Below, piece by piece: positions 1 through 7,913 of a stretch of DNA of 64,000 nucleotides. Position numbers and translations under genes: made by a program. How positions within the stretch are numbered: the first letter of the stretch is position 1; each line of letters begins with the position of its first letter. A model generated the notes under the pieces. It had not been told where the DNA came from. It did not search any database and saw nothing but the letters and a program-made list of their open reading frames with translations. Source of the DNA: an uncultured Methanospirillum sp. (GTDB lineage Archaea; Halobacteriota; Methanomicrobia; Methanomicrobiales; Methanospirillaceae); NCBI GenBank assembly GCA_964434005.1, contig CAYSSW010000001.1, positions 23,768 to 87,767 of the forward strand. Direction: 5' to 3'.

Positions 1-504
1 ATTTATGAGATCACAGTTCCATTCAGGTAAATAATCTTTAATAAGTCTATTGACCGATTCTTCGTCTATATCTGGTAAAAAGTATAATATTATTCTCTTA
101 TGATCATACGAAGCATCATAAATAGCTCCATTAATATAGCAGTTTTCAATTCCGTTATCTTCATAGCACTTTTTAGGCGAAATAGTTCCATAATGGCGAC
201 TAATCCTTTCATTAAGATCGCGGCACCATCCAATAAACATTACAAATCCTGCTACTGTAATAAAGTATGCTCCTCTGTTTTTTCTATATCTCTCAGGTAT
301 CTTAAATCTACAAAATGGCCCTTCACCATATTCATGAATAGACAGTCCCTGCCGGTTTGGAAACCTGTCACAAGGGTAATATGCTGTAGGATATCCTTTC
401 TTCCCGGATTCAGGAACAATGTCGGTTATTAATTCAGGAGAGAGATGTTGTTCATTTGAAATTAGAGCAATAGTTGGCTTGTTTTTTTTTAATTGTTGCG
501 TCAT
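1..504 (-). CDS. hypothetical protein with possible GIY-YIG nuclease-like motif (C-terminus runs off left edge)
   Basis: Absent from the ORF track because it is open to the window edge. I translated the reverse strand by hand: ATG at 504-502, then 168 codons without a stop down to position 1 (MTQQLKKNKPTIALISNEQ...). The segment GAYFITVAGFVMFIGWCRDLNERISRHYG resembles the GIY-x9-YIG-x(5-6)-DL..R.S pattern of GIY-YIG domains such as UvrC. Confidence 0.45.
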   Translation of the reverse strand, partial: MTQQLKKNKPTIALISNEQHLSPELITDIVPESGKKGYPTAYYPCDRFPNRQGLSIHEYGEGPFCRFKIPERYRKNRGAYFITVAGFVMFIGWCRDLNERISRHYGTISPKKCYEDNGIENCYINGAIYDASYDHKRIILYFLPDIDEESVNRLIKDYLPEWNCDLIN

Positions 505-520
505 CAGATATCTATATTAA

Positions 521-916
521 TTATTTCAAAAGCTTTTTAGTCTTTTTATCTTCTATTGTATCCATTCCTTTGATAATAAAGGCTAATCGCTCTGCTTCAC
601 GGTCAAGTTCTTTGTCATGATCTTCCATCCTCTTTACAGCATCATAGAGCATCTCAATTATCTCTGGAGCGGTTTTTTTCTTTTTTCCCCCAATTAAATT
701 GAAAACATCATCAAGATTCATTTTTGTCTCTTTTGATATCTCCATTGCAGGAAATTTGTTGAGTCTTTCGATTAGATCTCGCGGAATTGGTTCCATCCAG
801 GATAGAGTTTCAGGTTCTTTTTCCTTCAGGCCAAAACCTTTGAGGAAAAGTATTATCATAGGTATAACCAGTAAAAAAAGAACAGGAATATCTCCTACTG
901 GGAATAACATTGTCAT
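521..916 (-). CDS. small membrane protein, hypothetical
   Basis: ORF 521..964. I prefer the internal ATG at 916 (MTMLFPVGDIPVLFLLVIPMIILFL...), which removes the overlap with the upstream kinase gene. One N-terminal TM helix followed by a charged coiled tail. Confidence 0.4.
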   Translation of the reverse strand: MTMLFPVGDIPVLFLLVIPMIILFLKGFGLKEKEPETLSWMEPIPRDLIERLNKFPAMEISKETKMNLDDVFNLIGGKKKKTAPEIIEMLYDAVKRMEDHDKELDREAERLAFIIKGMDTIEDKKTKKLLK

Positions 917-926
917 AGTTATCTCA

Positions 927-1940
927 TTATGAATCAAGAATTTCGTTGGGTATAAAAAGTTCAAACCTTGCTGATGATCCTTCAGTGCCGGTCTCTTTTA
1001 TTACAACTCCAAAGATTGTCAGGAGATATTGGGATAAGAAAAGACCATATCCAGGTCCTTCTCCAAACCCTATATCAAAGATTCTTTCTTTAAACTTTAG
1101 TGGAATGCCAACACCATTATCTTCAATAGATAATAATCCACCTTCTGGTGTGGATTTGAAGTTAAATTTCAGAATCGTTGCACCTTTAGCACAGGTCTGA
1201 ACGTTTTCAATTATTTTGGTAAGGGCCAGTTTGAAAGATTTGTCCACAAATATTTTTCCAAAATTTCCATTGAATTCGCAATTAAAAGACTTTGGAATAC
1301 CATCCTGTAGAGCTTCAAGTATAAGATTTTTCAAATTAAACCATCCAAATTCTGTGAGACCTATTTTTTGATATTCACGGGTAAATATTAGTTTTTGTTG
1401 TAATCGATCAGCTGCTTTTTGTTCTTTCTCAACATAATCGATGATAGTAGGATCAGTTATTATATCATGTGACAATTCAAGATATCCTACAATTGCTGTG
1501 AGCTGGTTTAACATATCATGTCTTATCTTTGAATTTAACAGATTCCATGCTTCTGCGCTCTTGTTGAGCATGTGACATTCGGCAACAATCGTTGAAATCC
1601 AAAGACATCCCTGAATCGAGACAGGATTTTTTTGGTTGTCATATTCAAAAAAGATCACTTCTTCTGCCCATCTAAAATAGTCTCCTGTTTGAATTCGGTA
1701 TCTGATTGTGACCTGCTCTTTTTTCTGTAATAATGAAGCATCAACAATTCTTGTGATATTGTCATGATCATCAGGGTGAATAATTGTCAACAGGTTAAAA
1801 GGAAAATTATCGATCCCTGATATTTTCGGATAAGGCGCATTATTAAGAACTTCAGTAATAATCCATGGATCATTAATGGCGTGAACAAATCCAATAACAG
1901 GAGCATTCTTTAGTATTTCATTGGCTGCTATATCCCCCAC
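927..1940 (-). CDS. PAS-domain sensor histidine kinase
   Basis: N-terminal PAS-like fold. H-box RHDMLNQLTAIVGYLELS, and HATPase_c motifs EDNGVGIP and GFGEGPGYGLFLSQYLL. No response regulator gene in the window. Confidence 0.8.
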   Translation of the reverse strand: MGDIAANEILKNAPVIGFVHAINDPWIITEVLNNAPYPKISGIDNFPFNLLTIIHPDDHDNITRIVDASLLQKKEQVTIRYRIQTGDYFRWAEEVIFFEYDNQKNPVSIQGCLWISTIVAECHMLNKSAEAWNLLNSKIRHDMLNQLTAIVGYLELSHDIITDPTIIDYVEKEQKAADRLQQKLIFTREYQKIGLTEFGWFNLKNLILEALQDGIPKSFNCEFNGNFGKIFVDKSFKLALTKIIENVQTCAKGATILKFNFKSTPEGGLLSIEDNGVGIPLKFKERIFDIGFGEGPGYGLFLSQYLLTIFGVVIKETGTEGSSARFELFIPNEILDS

Positions 1941-1996
1941 CTCTATTTTGCTATTATGTATGTATTAAGATATATTCTTTCATTTTATTTTGAAGA

Positions 1997-2347
1997 TCAT
2001 AAAGATGCTTGTATCGCATATTCAAGAGTTGGTTTTATTTGAGTCCATGAAATTCGTCCAATTGGAACCAGTTTTTGATTTATGAGGATCATTGGTACAG
2101 GAGGGTGATTTTCCTCATAAATTCTCTTAATATAATCCGGCACAGATTCATCAAGAAATGTAATGATAACTTCAACTTTATCTTCAAAAGTTTCAAATAT
2201 TTTTTCTTTCAATGCTTCAACTGCTGGTTCAAGTTTATTTGTAGGGGAGCATTTTGATAATCCACATGTCTTGTCCTCATCACATGGAAATGGTGAACAT
2301 TCACTATCATGATATGCAACTATTTCAAGAATTACTTTATTTACCAC
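1997..2347 (-). CDS. small Cys-containing thioredoxin-fold-like protein (YuzD/ArsD-like), function unknown
   Basis: 116 aa. N-terminal cysteines (ECSPFPCDEDKTCGLSKC) and a C-terminal VPMILINQKLVPIGRISW segment reminiscent of the DUF1462/YuzD layout. Weak call from memory. Confidence 0.3.
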   Translation of the reverse strand: MVNKVILEIVAYHDSECSPFPCDEDKTCGLSKCSPTNKLEPAVEALKEKIFETFEDKVEVIITFLDESVPDYIKRIYEENHPPVPMILINQKLVPIGRISWTQIKPTLEYAIQASL

Positions 2348-2417
2348 AATTAAATAAGGTAGAGATTAAAGATAAGTGCTTGGATATGTTTTTTCATAGG
2401 ATATTTTTTATATTACT

Positions 2418-4499
2418 ATGATACATCTTACAGCAATGATATCGTGGGGTCGAATAACTGTAGTTGTGCTGATTCTGATAAGTCTTACCGGAATTTTTGC
2501 CATTTCTGCTGATCCACATGCAGGCTGGCATCCTTCAGCACGGGGGCCAGATTCAATCAATGGTATAACTACAGGTGTAAATGAGTTTTATACTCTGCCA
2601 GATGATCAGATAATTTACATTGGGCGGGCTAATGTTAATACTGGGATTGTCACAGATAAAGAGGATACAAAGTCTCCTGATCTTACTAATGAGAGTACAA
2701 TGACATCTCTTTCTGTAGATGAAAAAGAGACATCTGTACCTGATGTATCTTCAGCGCCACAATCTGCTGGTATTCTTGTAAAGTATTCAGATGATGTCAG
2801 TGCACTCTCTGCGGATTCAGTTTCAATTAATAGTGCAATTGGGGCTTTATCGGTTGAGAGTTACGAAAGTTATGGTGTGAATGGACTGGAAAAAATTCTT
2901 CCTCCTGAAAACATGACAAATGAGGCTGCAATTGATTATTATGAAAGTCAGCCCGGAGTGGAATATGCAGAGCCTGATTATATCTGGTCTGCGGCAGCTG
3001 TTCCAAATGATCCAGATCTTTCAAAACAATGGGGCCTCATTAACACTGGTCAAATCTATCGTGAAGGTTATCCCTCCGGAACTATCAATGCTGATATAGA
3101 TGCAGATTCGGCTTGGGATTTAAAAACAGATTCCAATAGTGTTATTGTAGCTATTATCGATTCCGGAGTTGATTACAATCATCCGGATCTTGCAGCAAAT
3201 ATCTGGAATGATGGTAGTGGAAATCATGGTTACAACGTTCTCACCGATTCTTATGATCCAATGGATGATAATGGTCATGGAACTCATTGTGCCGGTATTA
3301 TTGGCGCGGTAGGAAACAATGGAATCGGGGGTTCAGGTGTTTCATGGAAGGCCACTATCATGCCAGTAAAAGTGCTTGATTCATCAGGAAACGCTAAAGT
3401 TTCTGATATTATCAAGGCTATTGGATGGGCAAATTCTCATGGTGCAACAATCATTAGTTGTTCTTTTGGAAGTTACACCTATTCACAGGCCACATATGAT
3501 GCAATGGCTTCCTCATCAGCACTCTTTGTATGTGCTGCAGGAAATAGCGGAACAAATAATGATGTTACTCCTTTCTATCCTGCAAATTTTGCACTTGATA
3601 ATATCATCTCTGTTGCTTACAGTGATGCTGATGACAATATATGTTCAAAATCCAATTATGGTGGCTCAACGGTTGATATTGCAGCACCGGGGTATATGAT
3701 TTACAGTACTTATCCAACAAGTATGGGTAATGGATATGCATACGAAAGTGGAACATCGATGGCTACACCATTTGTGAGTGGTGCGGCTGCTATGATAAAA
3801 TCTGCATCACCATCAATGACTGCATCTGATATCAGGATGAAATTAGTCAGTACTGCCGAAAATATCCCATCAATGTCTGGGAAAGTTATTGCAAATGGAA
3901 GATTAAATCTTTATTCTGCATTAAATGGTGGAGGTCCTGTTCCAACTCCAACATTCATACCAGTTCCTACATTTACACCTGGTCCGACAGTTACGCCAGC
4001 ACCAACTGTTATTCCAGGTGATGATAATATTGTCCTTGAAAAAGGCTGGAATTTTATCGCCGTAACATCAATCCTGAGTCAGAACTGTAACACAGCTTCA
4101 ATTTTTGCATCTGTTCCATCAGGTGGCCACTCCGTCTTTGCATATGATGCTACATCTGGCTGGAGAACACTTACTGCCAAAGATAAAATTGAGTCTCTTA
4201 ACGGGTACTGGATCTACTCTGAAAAAAGAATGTCAATCCCGGTTACATACACGACAGGTCAGATTAGTAAACAGGTAGAGACCGGTTGGAACACCTATGG
4301 TGTGCCCTCAAAGATACCGGTAAGTGCAAAGAATGCACTTTCATCAATTGATTCACTCTGGACTTACTATATTTCATATAATGCATTAAATCAACAGTAC
4401 GATGATGTAATTATCAAAGGATCAAATGATTCAGAAAATATGATTCCAGGTCAGGCCGGATGGCTATACAGTAATGGTAATGGAATTATTACCGGATAA
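2418..4499 (+). CDS. secreted subtilisin-like serine protease (peptidase S8) with Pro/Thr linker and C-terminal domain of unknown function
   Basis: Signal-peptide-like N-terminus. Catalytic triad motifs DSGVDYNHPDL, HGTHCAGIIGA and GTSMATPFVSGAAA. PT-rich linker PVPTPTFIPVPTFTPGPTVTPAPTVIPG, followed by about 170 aa with repeated GWN motifs. Confidence 0.9.
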   Translation: MIHLTAMISWGRITVVVLILISLTGIFAISADPHAGWHPSARGPDSINGITTGVNEFYTLPDDQIIYIGRANVNTGIVTDKEDTKSPDLTNESTMTSLSVDEKETSVPDVSSAPQSAGILVKYSDDVSALSADSVSINSAIGALSVESYESYGVNGLEKILPPENMTNEAAIDYYESQPGVEYAEPDYIWSAAAVPNDPDLSKQWGLINTGQIYREGYPSGTINADIDADSAWDLKTDSNSVIVAIIDSGVDYNHPDLAANIWNDGSGNHGYNVLTDSYDPMDDNGHGTHCAGIIGAVGNNGIGGSGVSWKATIMPVKVLDSSGNAKVSDIIKAIGWANSHGATIISCSFGSYTYSQATYDAMASSSALFVCAAGNSGTNNDVTPFYPANFALDNIISVAYSDADDNICSKSNYGGSTVDIAAPGYMIYSTYPTSMGNGYAYESGTSMATPFVSGAAAMIKSASPSMTASDIRMKLVSTAENIPSMSGKVIANGRLNLYSALNGGGPVPTPTFIPVPTFTPGPTVTPAPTVIPGDDNIVLEKGWNFIAVTSILSQNCNTASIFASVPSGGHSVFAYDATSGWRTLTAKDKIESLNGYWIYSEKRMSIPVTYTTGQISKQVETGWNTYGVPSKIPVSAKNALSSIDSLWTYYISYNALNQQYDDVIIKGSNDSENMIPGQAGWLYSNGNGIITG

Positions 4500-4500
4500 T

Positions 4501-5100
4501 TTAGAGTCCGCTAAGTTCATATGTTCCATGATTGTAAAGGTAAATGGCCTTTAGTACCTTTTTTTCATCTTCGGGTAAATAGAAAGAATTCTCATGTTTT
4601 GAGGAAAAAAGTTTCTTTTCTTCAATAGTTGCTTCATTTAAGAGCCACCAGTGCAAACATGCAGATAGCCTCTCTTTATAATATATGTTTTTAAGAAAAT
4701 TTGATATTTCGCCATGGAATTCAACTTTAAATCTGAATAGTTGAGTATTATCAGAAAACCAGAGATAATTGTTGATACGTTCTATAATTTCCATGAACTC
4801 TGAATCAGAAAGATTCGAATCATTGCTCTCAATTATTTTTCCAAAAATTTTGATATACCTTTTCTTAATCTCATCTGGTAGAGAATTAATAGGAAATGAT
4901 CTTTCAGAGTATGGAAGTATTGCCTTGTTTTTAGAAAAAAGAGAAAGAATTTTAGTTTTATCTGTTAAAAGAACAATTCTGTCTCCACCAAGAAATCCGC
5001 AACAGGTAATTGATTCTTTTATCGTCAATACCAGAGTCTTTTCAAAATTAGGTTTCATAAAATTGGTATTCACCAGAAACCCATCTTCTTCTCCTTCCAT
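4501..5100 (-). CDS. hypothetical protein
   Basis: 199-aa ORF with no recognisable motif. An alternative start at M15 (5058) would remove the 31-nt overlap with the upstream small ORF. Confidence 0.4.
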   Translation of the reverse strand: MEGEEDGFLVNTNFMKPNFEKTLVLTIKESITCCGFLGGDRIVLLTDKTKILSLFSKNKAILPYSERSFPINSLPDEIKKRYIKIFGKIIESNDSNLSDSEFMEIIERINNYLWFSDNTQLFRFKVEFHGEISNFLKNIYYKERLSACLHWWLLNEATIEEKKLFSSKHENSFYLPEDEKKVLKAIYLYNHGTYELSGL

Positions 5101-5288
5101 TCAGAGCATTTATGAGGTCCTTCAACTTTAGGGCGCATATATAAAAAAGTAGGTTTTCCATTTGCATCATTACCTGCATAGACAGGCTGCGGAGGATTTT
5201 TCCAGCATTCAAGCCTTGCAATTTCTTTATTTTTTCCAAGTATCGGTATACAGAATTGACAGCTATGACAATGATGTGGTTCTACCAT
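5070..5288 (-). CDS. small Cys/His-rich protein, hypothetical
   Basis: 72 aa starting MVEPHHCHSCQFC..., with further Cys at ECW and HKCSEW. Possible metal-binding protein. Co-directional with the 4501..5100 ORF. Confidence 0.3.
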   Translation of the reverse strand: MVEPHHCHSCQFCIPILGKNKEIARLECWKNPPQPVYAGNDANGKPTFLYMRPKVEGPHKCSEWKEKKMGFW

Positions 5289-5384
5289 GATATTTTATAT
5301 CATTTACTTACGGTTTAAGTAATCGATAATAATGCAGAATTAATATCGAAACATATATCAATCCTTGTGAATTAAGGGTTGTTA

Positions 5385-6893
5385 ATGACAAGAGGTTTCT
5401 TAGAAAGATTCTTTAAATCAGCACCAAAGCCACATATTGTAGAAAGCCCTCCACCACCTTCATATATGCGTGGACCTGGGATGTTCTGTCGCGAATTTGA
5501 AGAAAAGCCGTATTTTATTGTTGCATCTATTGAGATGGGAAATACTACCACGAAATGTATCCTCACCGGGGTAAATCTTGAGAATGGGATGTCTTATGTG
5601 ATTCATAAGACTGTTGGAATGAGCAGGGATGTCAGAAAACCAAAACCCGGTGAAGAGGTTTTTGGTAAGACTCTTGATGGAACAGAGCTTACACGTGAAT
5701 CTGTATCTGAATTAGTGCGTGATACCCTGATAACCTGTCACAGGGATGCAAAACTTGACATTAAGAAAGACCTTGATTTTGTTGTCAGAAGCACCGGTGT
5801 TGTTGCTGCAATGGATTCTCCTGATCAGGTTGGAGATTTTATCATTGCACTTGCAAACGGTTGTCTTGATGCCGGGGTTCCACCCAAAAAGATGACACCT
5901 CCTATGTCAAAGGCAAATCAATCTGAGAAGATTCAACCGTTTTCTTTTGCAGACAAGGTTAACTTTTCCGGAGCAGTTGCCGGAGTAGTTCCACCGCAGG
6001 GTAAAACCGGTGTAGAGATGGTTGCAAATGAGATGGAAGGAGAACTTGCAATGGCAGGGATTAAAGAAGGCGCAAAGTGGACTCCGGTCGATTTTAGAAA
6101 CCCCTGTATCTCTATCGATTTTGGAACAACGCTTGATGGACGTGTGACAAGCCCTGTGGATTTAAGCACAGGTAGCCCGTTTGCAAAGACGATTGGAAAC
6201 TTCTGTGGGCTTGCAGGAGCAATCCCGGATGCGATAGTTAAAGGAACCGGTCTTGTTAACTCAAAGAATGGGACAGCGCTTGATATCTTTGGTGAAGGAG
6301 TCAAGATTGGAGGCTCCATTGGACTTAAAAGAAATGAGTCTGCAATTGCCGATTACACAAAAAGGTGTATGGATCTTATAAGTATCGAAGTTGTGCCATC
6401 AGATCGGAAGCGTTATGGTATGGTTCCTGTGTTTGCTGATGTAGCAAAAGAATCCGGAGTAAGCCTTATCGGCATTGATGCTGGAAAAGATGGATCAAAC
6501 CTTCCTGCTCTTGGAGAAATCGGAAAGGAAATAATTACAAAAAATTCGGTTCAGGTATTAAACGAAGTTGTAGACAGAGTTTGTGCAACTATGGCATTGG
6601 GACTTATTGATGTTTCCAATTCTGAAGGACATATATATAAAGAATCATCTATTGGATTTACCGGACGTGCTGTTATCACCGGTCAGAAACCTGAATTAAT
6701 TTTAAAGGGAGTAATGGAGAGAAAATTCTTTGATGATCCGGTTGATCATCTTGTCTTTGTCGATGATGGTCTTGCACGCGGCGCAGCACTTATGGGAAGA
6801 TGTATGAACTCTCTTGGTCGCCCTGATCATCCTATAGGTGGTGCAAGAGGCGGAAAGTGTATCCTTTCCAAAAGGATGGCTATTGGTAGATAA
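5385..6893 (+). CDS. methanogenesis marker protein 14-like (ASKHA-fold-like, function unknown)
   Basis: The ORF opens at TTG 5379; first ATG is at 5385. The N-terminal motif PYFIVASIEMGNTTTKCIL and the ~500-aa length match my recollection of the methanogen-specific marker 14 family (TIGR03285). Not verifiable here. Confidence 0.55.
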   Translation: MTRGFLERFFKSAPKPHIVESPPPPSYMRGPGMFCREFEEKPYFIVASIEMGNTTTKCILTGVNLENGMSYVIHKTVGMSRDVRKPKPGEEVFGKTLDGTELTRESVSELVRDTLITCHRDAKLDIKKDLDFVVRSTGVVAAMDSPDQVGDFIIALANGCLDAGVPPKKMTPPMSKANQSEKIQPFSFADKVNFSGAVAGVVPPQGKTGVEMVANEMEGELAMAGIKEGAKWTPVDFRNPCISIDFGTTLDGRVTSPVDLSTGSPFAKTIGNFCGLAGAIPDAIVKGTGLVNSKNGTALDIFGEGVKIGGSIGLKRNESAIADYTKRCMDLISIEVVPSDRKRYGMVPVFADVAKESGVSLIGIDAGKDGSNLPALGEIGKEIITKNSVQVLNEVVDRVCATMALGLIDVSNSEGHIYKESSIGFTGRAVITGQKPELILKGVMERKFFDDPVDHLVFVDDGLARGAALMGRCMNSLGRPDHPIGGARGGKCILSKRMAIGR

Positions 6894-6945
6894 CCATCAC
6901 AACCTTTTCGAAATCATCTTTTGTTATCCACTCAAATCTTTATTA

Positions 6946-7185
6946 ATGGAAGAGAATGAGCAACTATATGATCTTGTTTTTCCACCAGGTACTCCCCGGT
7001 CAATTATTCGTGATATTGTCAATAAATATGATATAGAGCTCATCGATCATTCTGCAACTTTATCGTTTGCTAATATGGACGGAGATGTCAGAAATCTTCT
7101 TGCAGCAAGAGGCAAAAAAGAGATAATGATTGAAGTTGAGAATTTTTTCAAAGAAGAGATCGCCAAGTTTATTGGCGATGAATAA
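6946..7185 (+). CDS. small hypothetical protein downstream of marker-14-like gene
   Basis: ORF 6838..7185. The internal ATG at 6946 (MEENEQLYDLVFPPG...) lies past the upstream stop. 79 aa, acidic, no motif. Confidence 0.35.
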   Translation: MEENEQLYDLVFPPGTPRSIIRDIVNKYDIELIDHSATLSFANMDGDVRNLLAARGKKEIMIEVENFFKEEIAKFIGDE

Positions 7186-7771
7186 AAGCAGCCATAAGAC
7201 TAACTAAAACTATTCCACATATACCAATGAATGGGCTTACCGGACTTTTTTGAGTTGGTTCTGTCTTCATCTCTTTTTGTGTGATAGTTTCTGTAACCGT
7301 CTCAGTCGGTGATTCGGTCTGTGCCACTGTTTGTGTTTCTGTTAATAAAGGAACCTCTGAATCCGCGTTTATTGTTGGAATTGGTGACTTTCCTGGGTTT
7401 TTTTCTACAACTGAAAAGGTTGCAGTTTCAGTATATGGTTTACCGATAATTTCTACTCTAACCATATATTCGTCAGGACTCCAGGTAGCGGTTGAAAAGT
7501 TAGCACTCCATTGATAATTTCCATCTGTGCCAGTAACAGGGACAATTCCAGAAGCTCCTCCCATAATTGCACTGTCATATTTTGCAGTCGGGCCAAAGGA
7601 TAATGGGAAAACCTCAATACTTACCTGATTATCGGTGTTATAATTAGTAGATCCTGATATGCAAAGTTCATCGCCGGTTTCTATTACTCCAGGAATAGAA
7701 ATATCTGCATAAATTCCTGGAATTATTCCTATAATCAGACAAGATAAGAAGATAATCTGCGTATAATTCAT
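7169..7771 (-). CDS. secreted protein with Thr/Glu-rich linker and C-terminal hydrophobic anchor (PGF-CTERM-like)
   Basis: Signal peptide MNYTQIIFLSCLIIGIIPGIYA, then a beta-rich domain. Linker TQTVAQTESPTETVTETITQKEMKTEPTQKSP, then SPF-IGICGIVLVSLMAAF-IHRQ at the extreme C-terminus. Confidence 0.6.
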   Translation of the reverse strand: MNYTQIIFLSCLIIGIIPGIYADISIPGVIETGDELCISGSTNYNTDNQVSIEVFPLSFGPTAKYDSAIMGGASGIVPVTGTDGNYQWSANFSTATWSPDEYMVRVEIIGKPYTETATFSVVEKNPGKSPIPTINADSEVPLLTETQTVAQTESPTETVTETITQKEMKTEPTQKSPVSPFIGICGIVLVSLMAAFIHRQ

Positions 7772-7913
7772 GATTATACTCTTGTATGCTTAGTTAATCA
7801 GTCTTTGGTTTATATAGTTTGAAACAAAGATTCAAAGTTTTTTCCAGTATCATTAGCGAAGGTTTATTATTTTATTAATTTAATTAAAAGATTAGTATCT
7901 AAAGGGTGGATAT

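Noticed and set aside
100-432. 110-aa plus-strand ORF from the track
   Set aside because: It lies entirely antisense to the longer, motif-bearing reverse-strand ORF 1..504. Its translation is low-complexity (I/S/N/F-rich), typical of a shadow ORF in AT-rich DNA.
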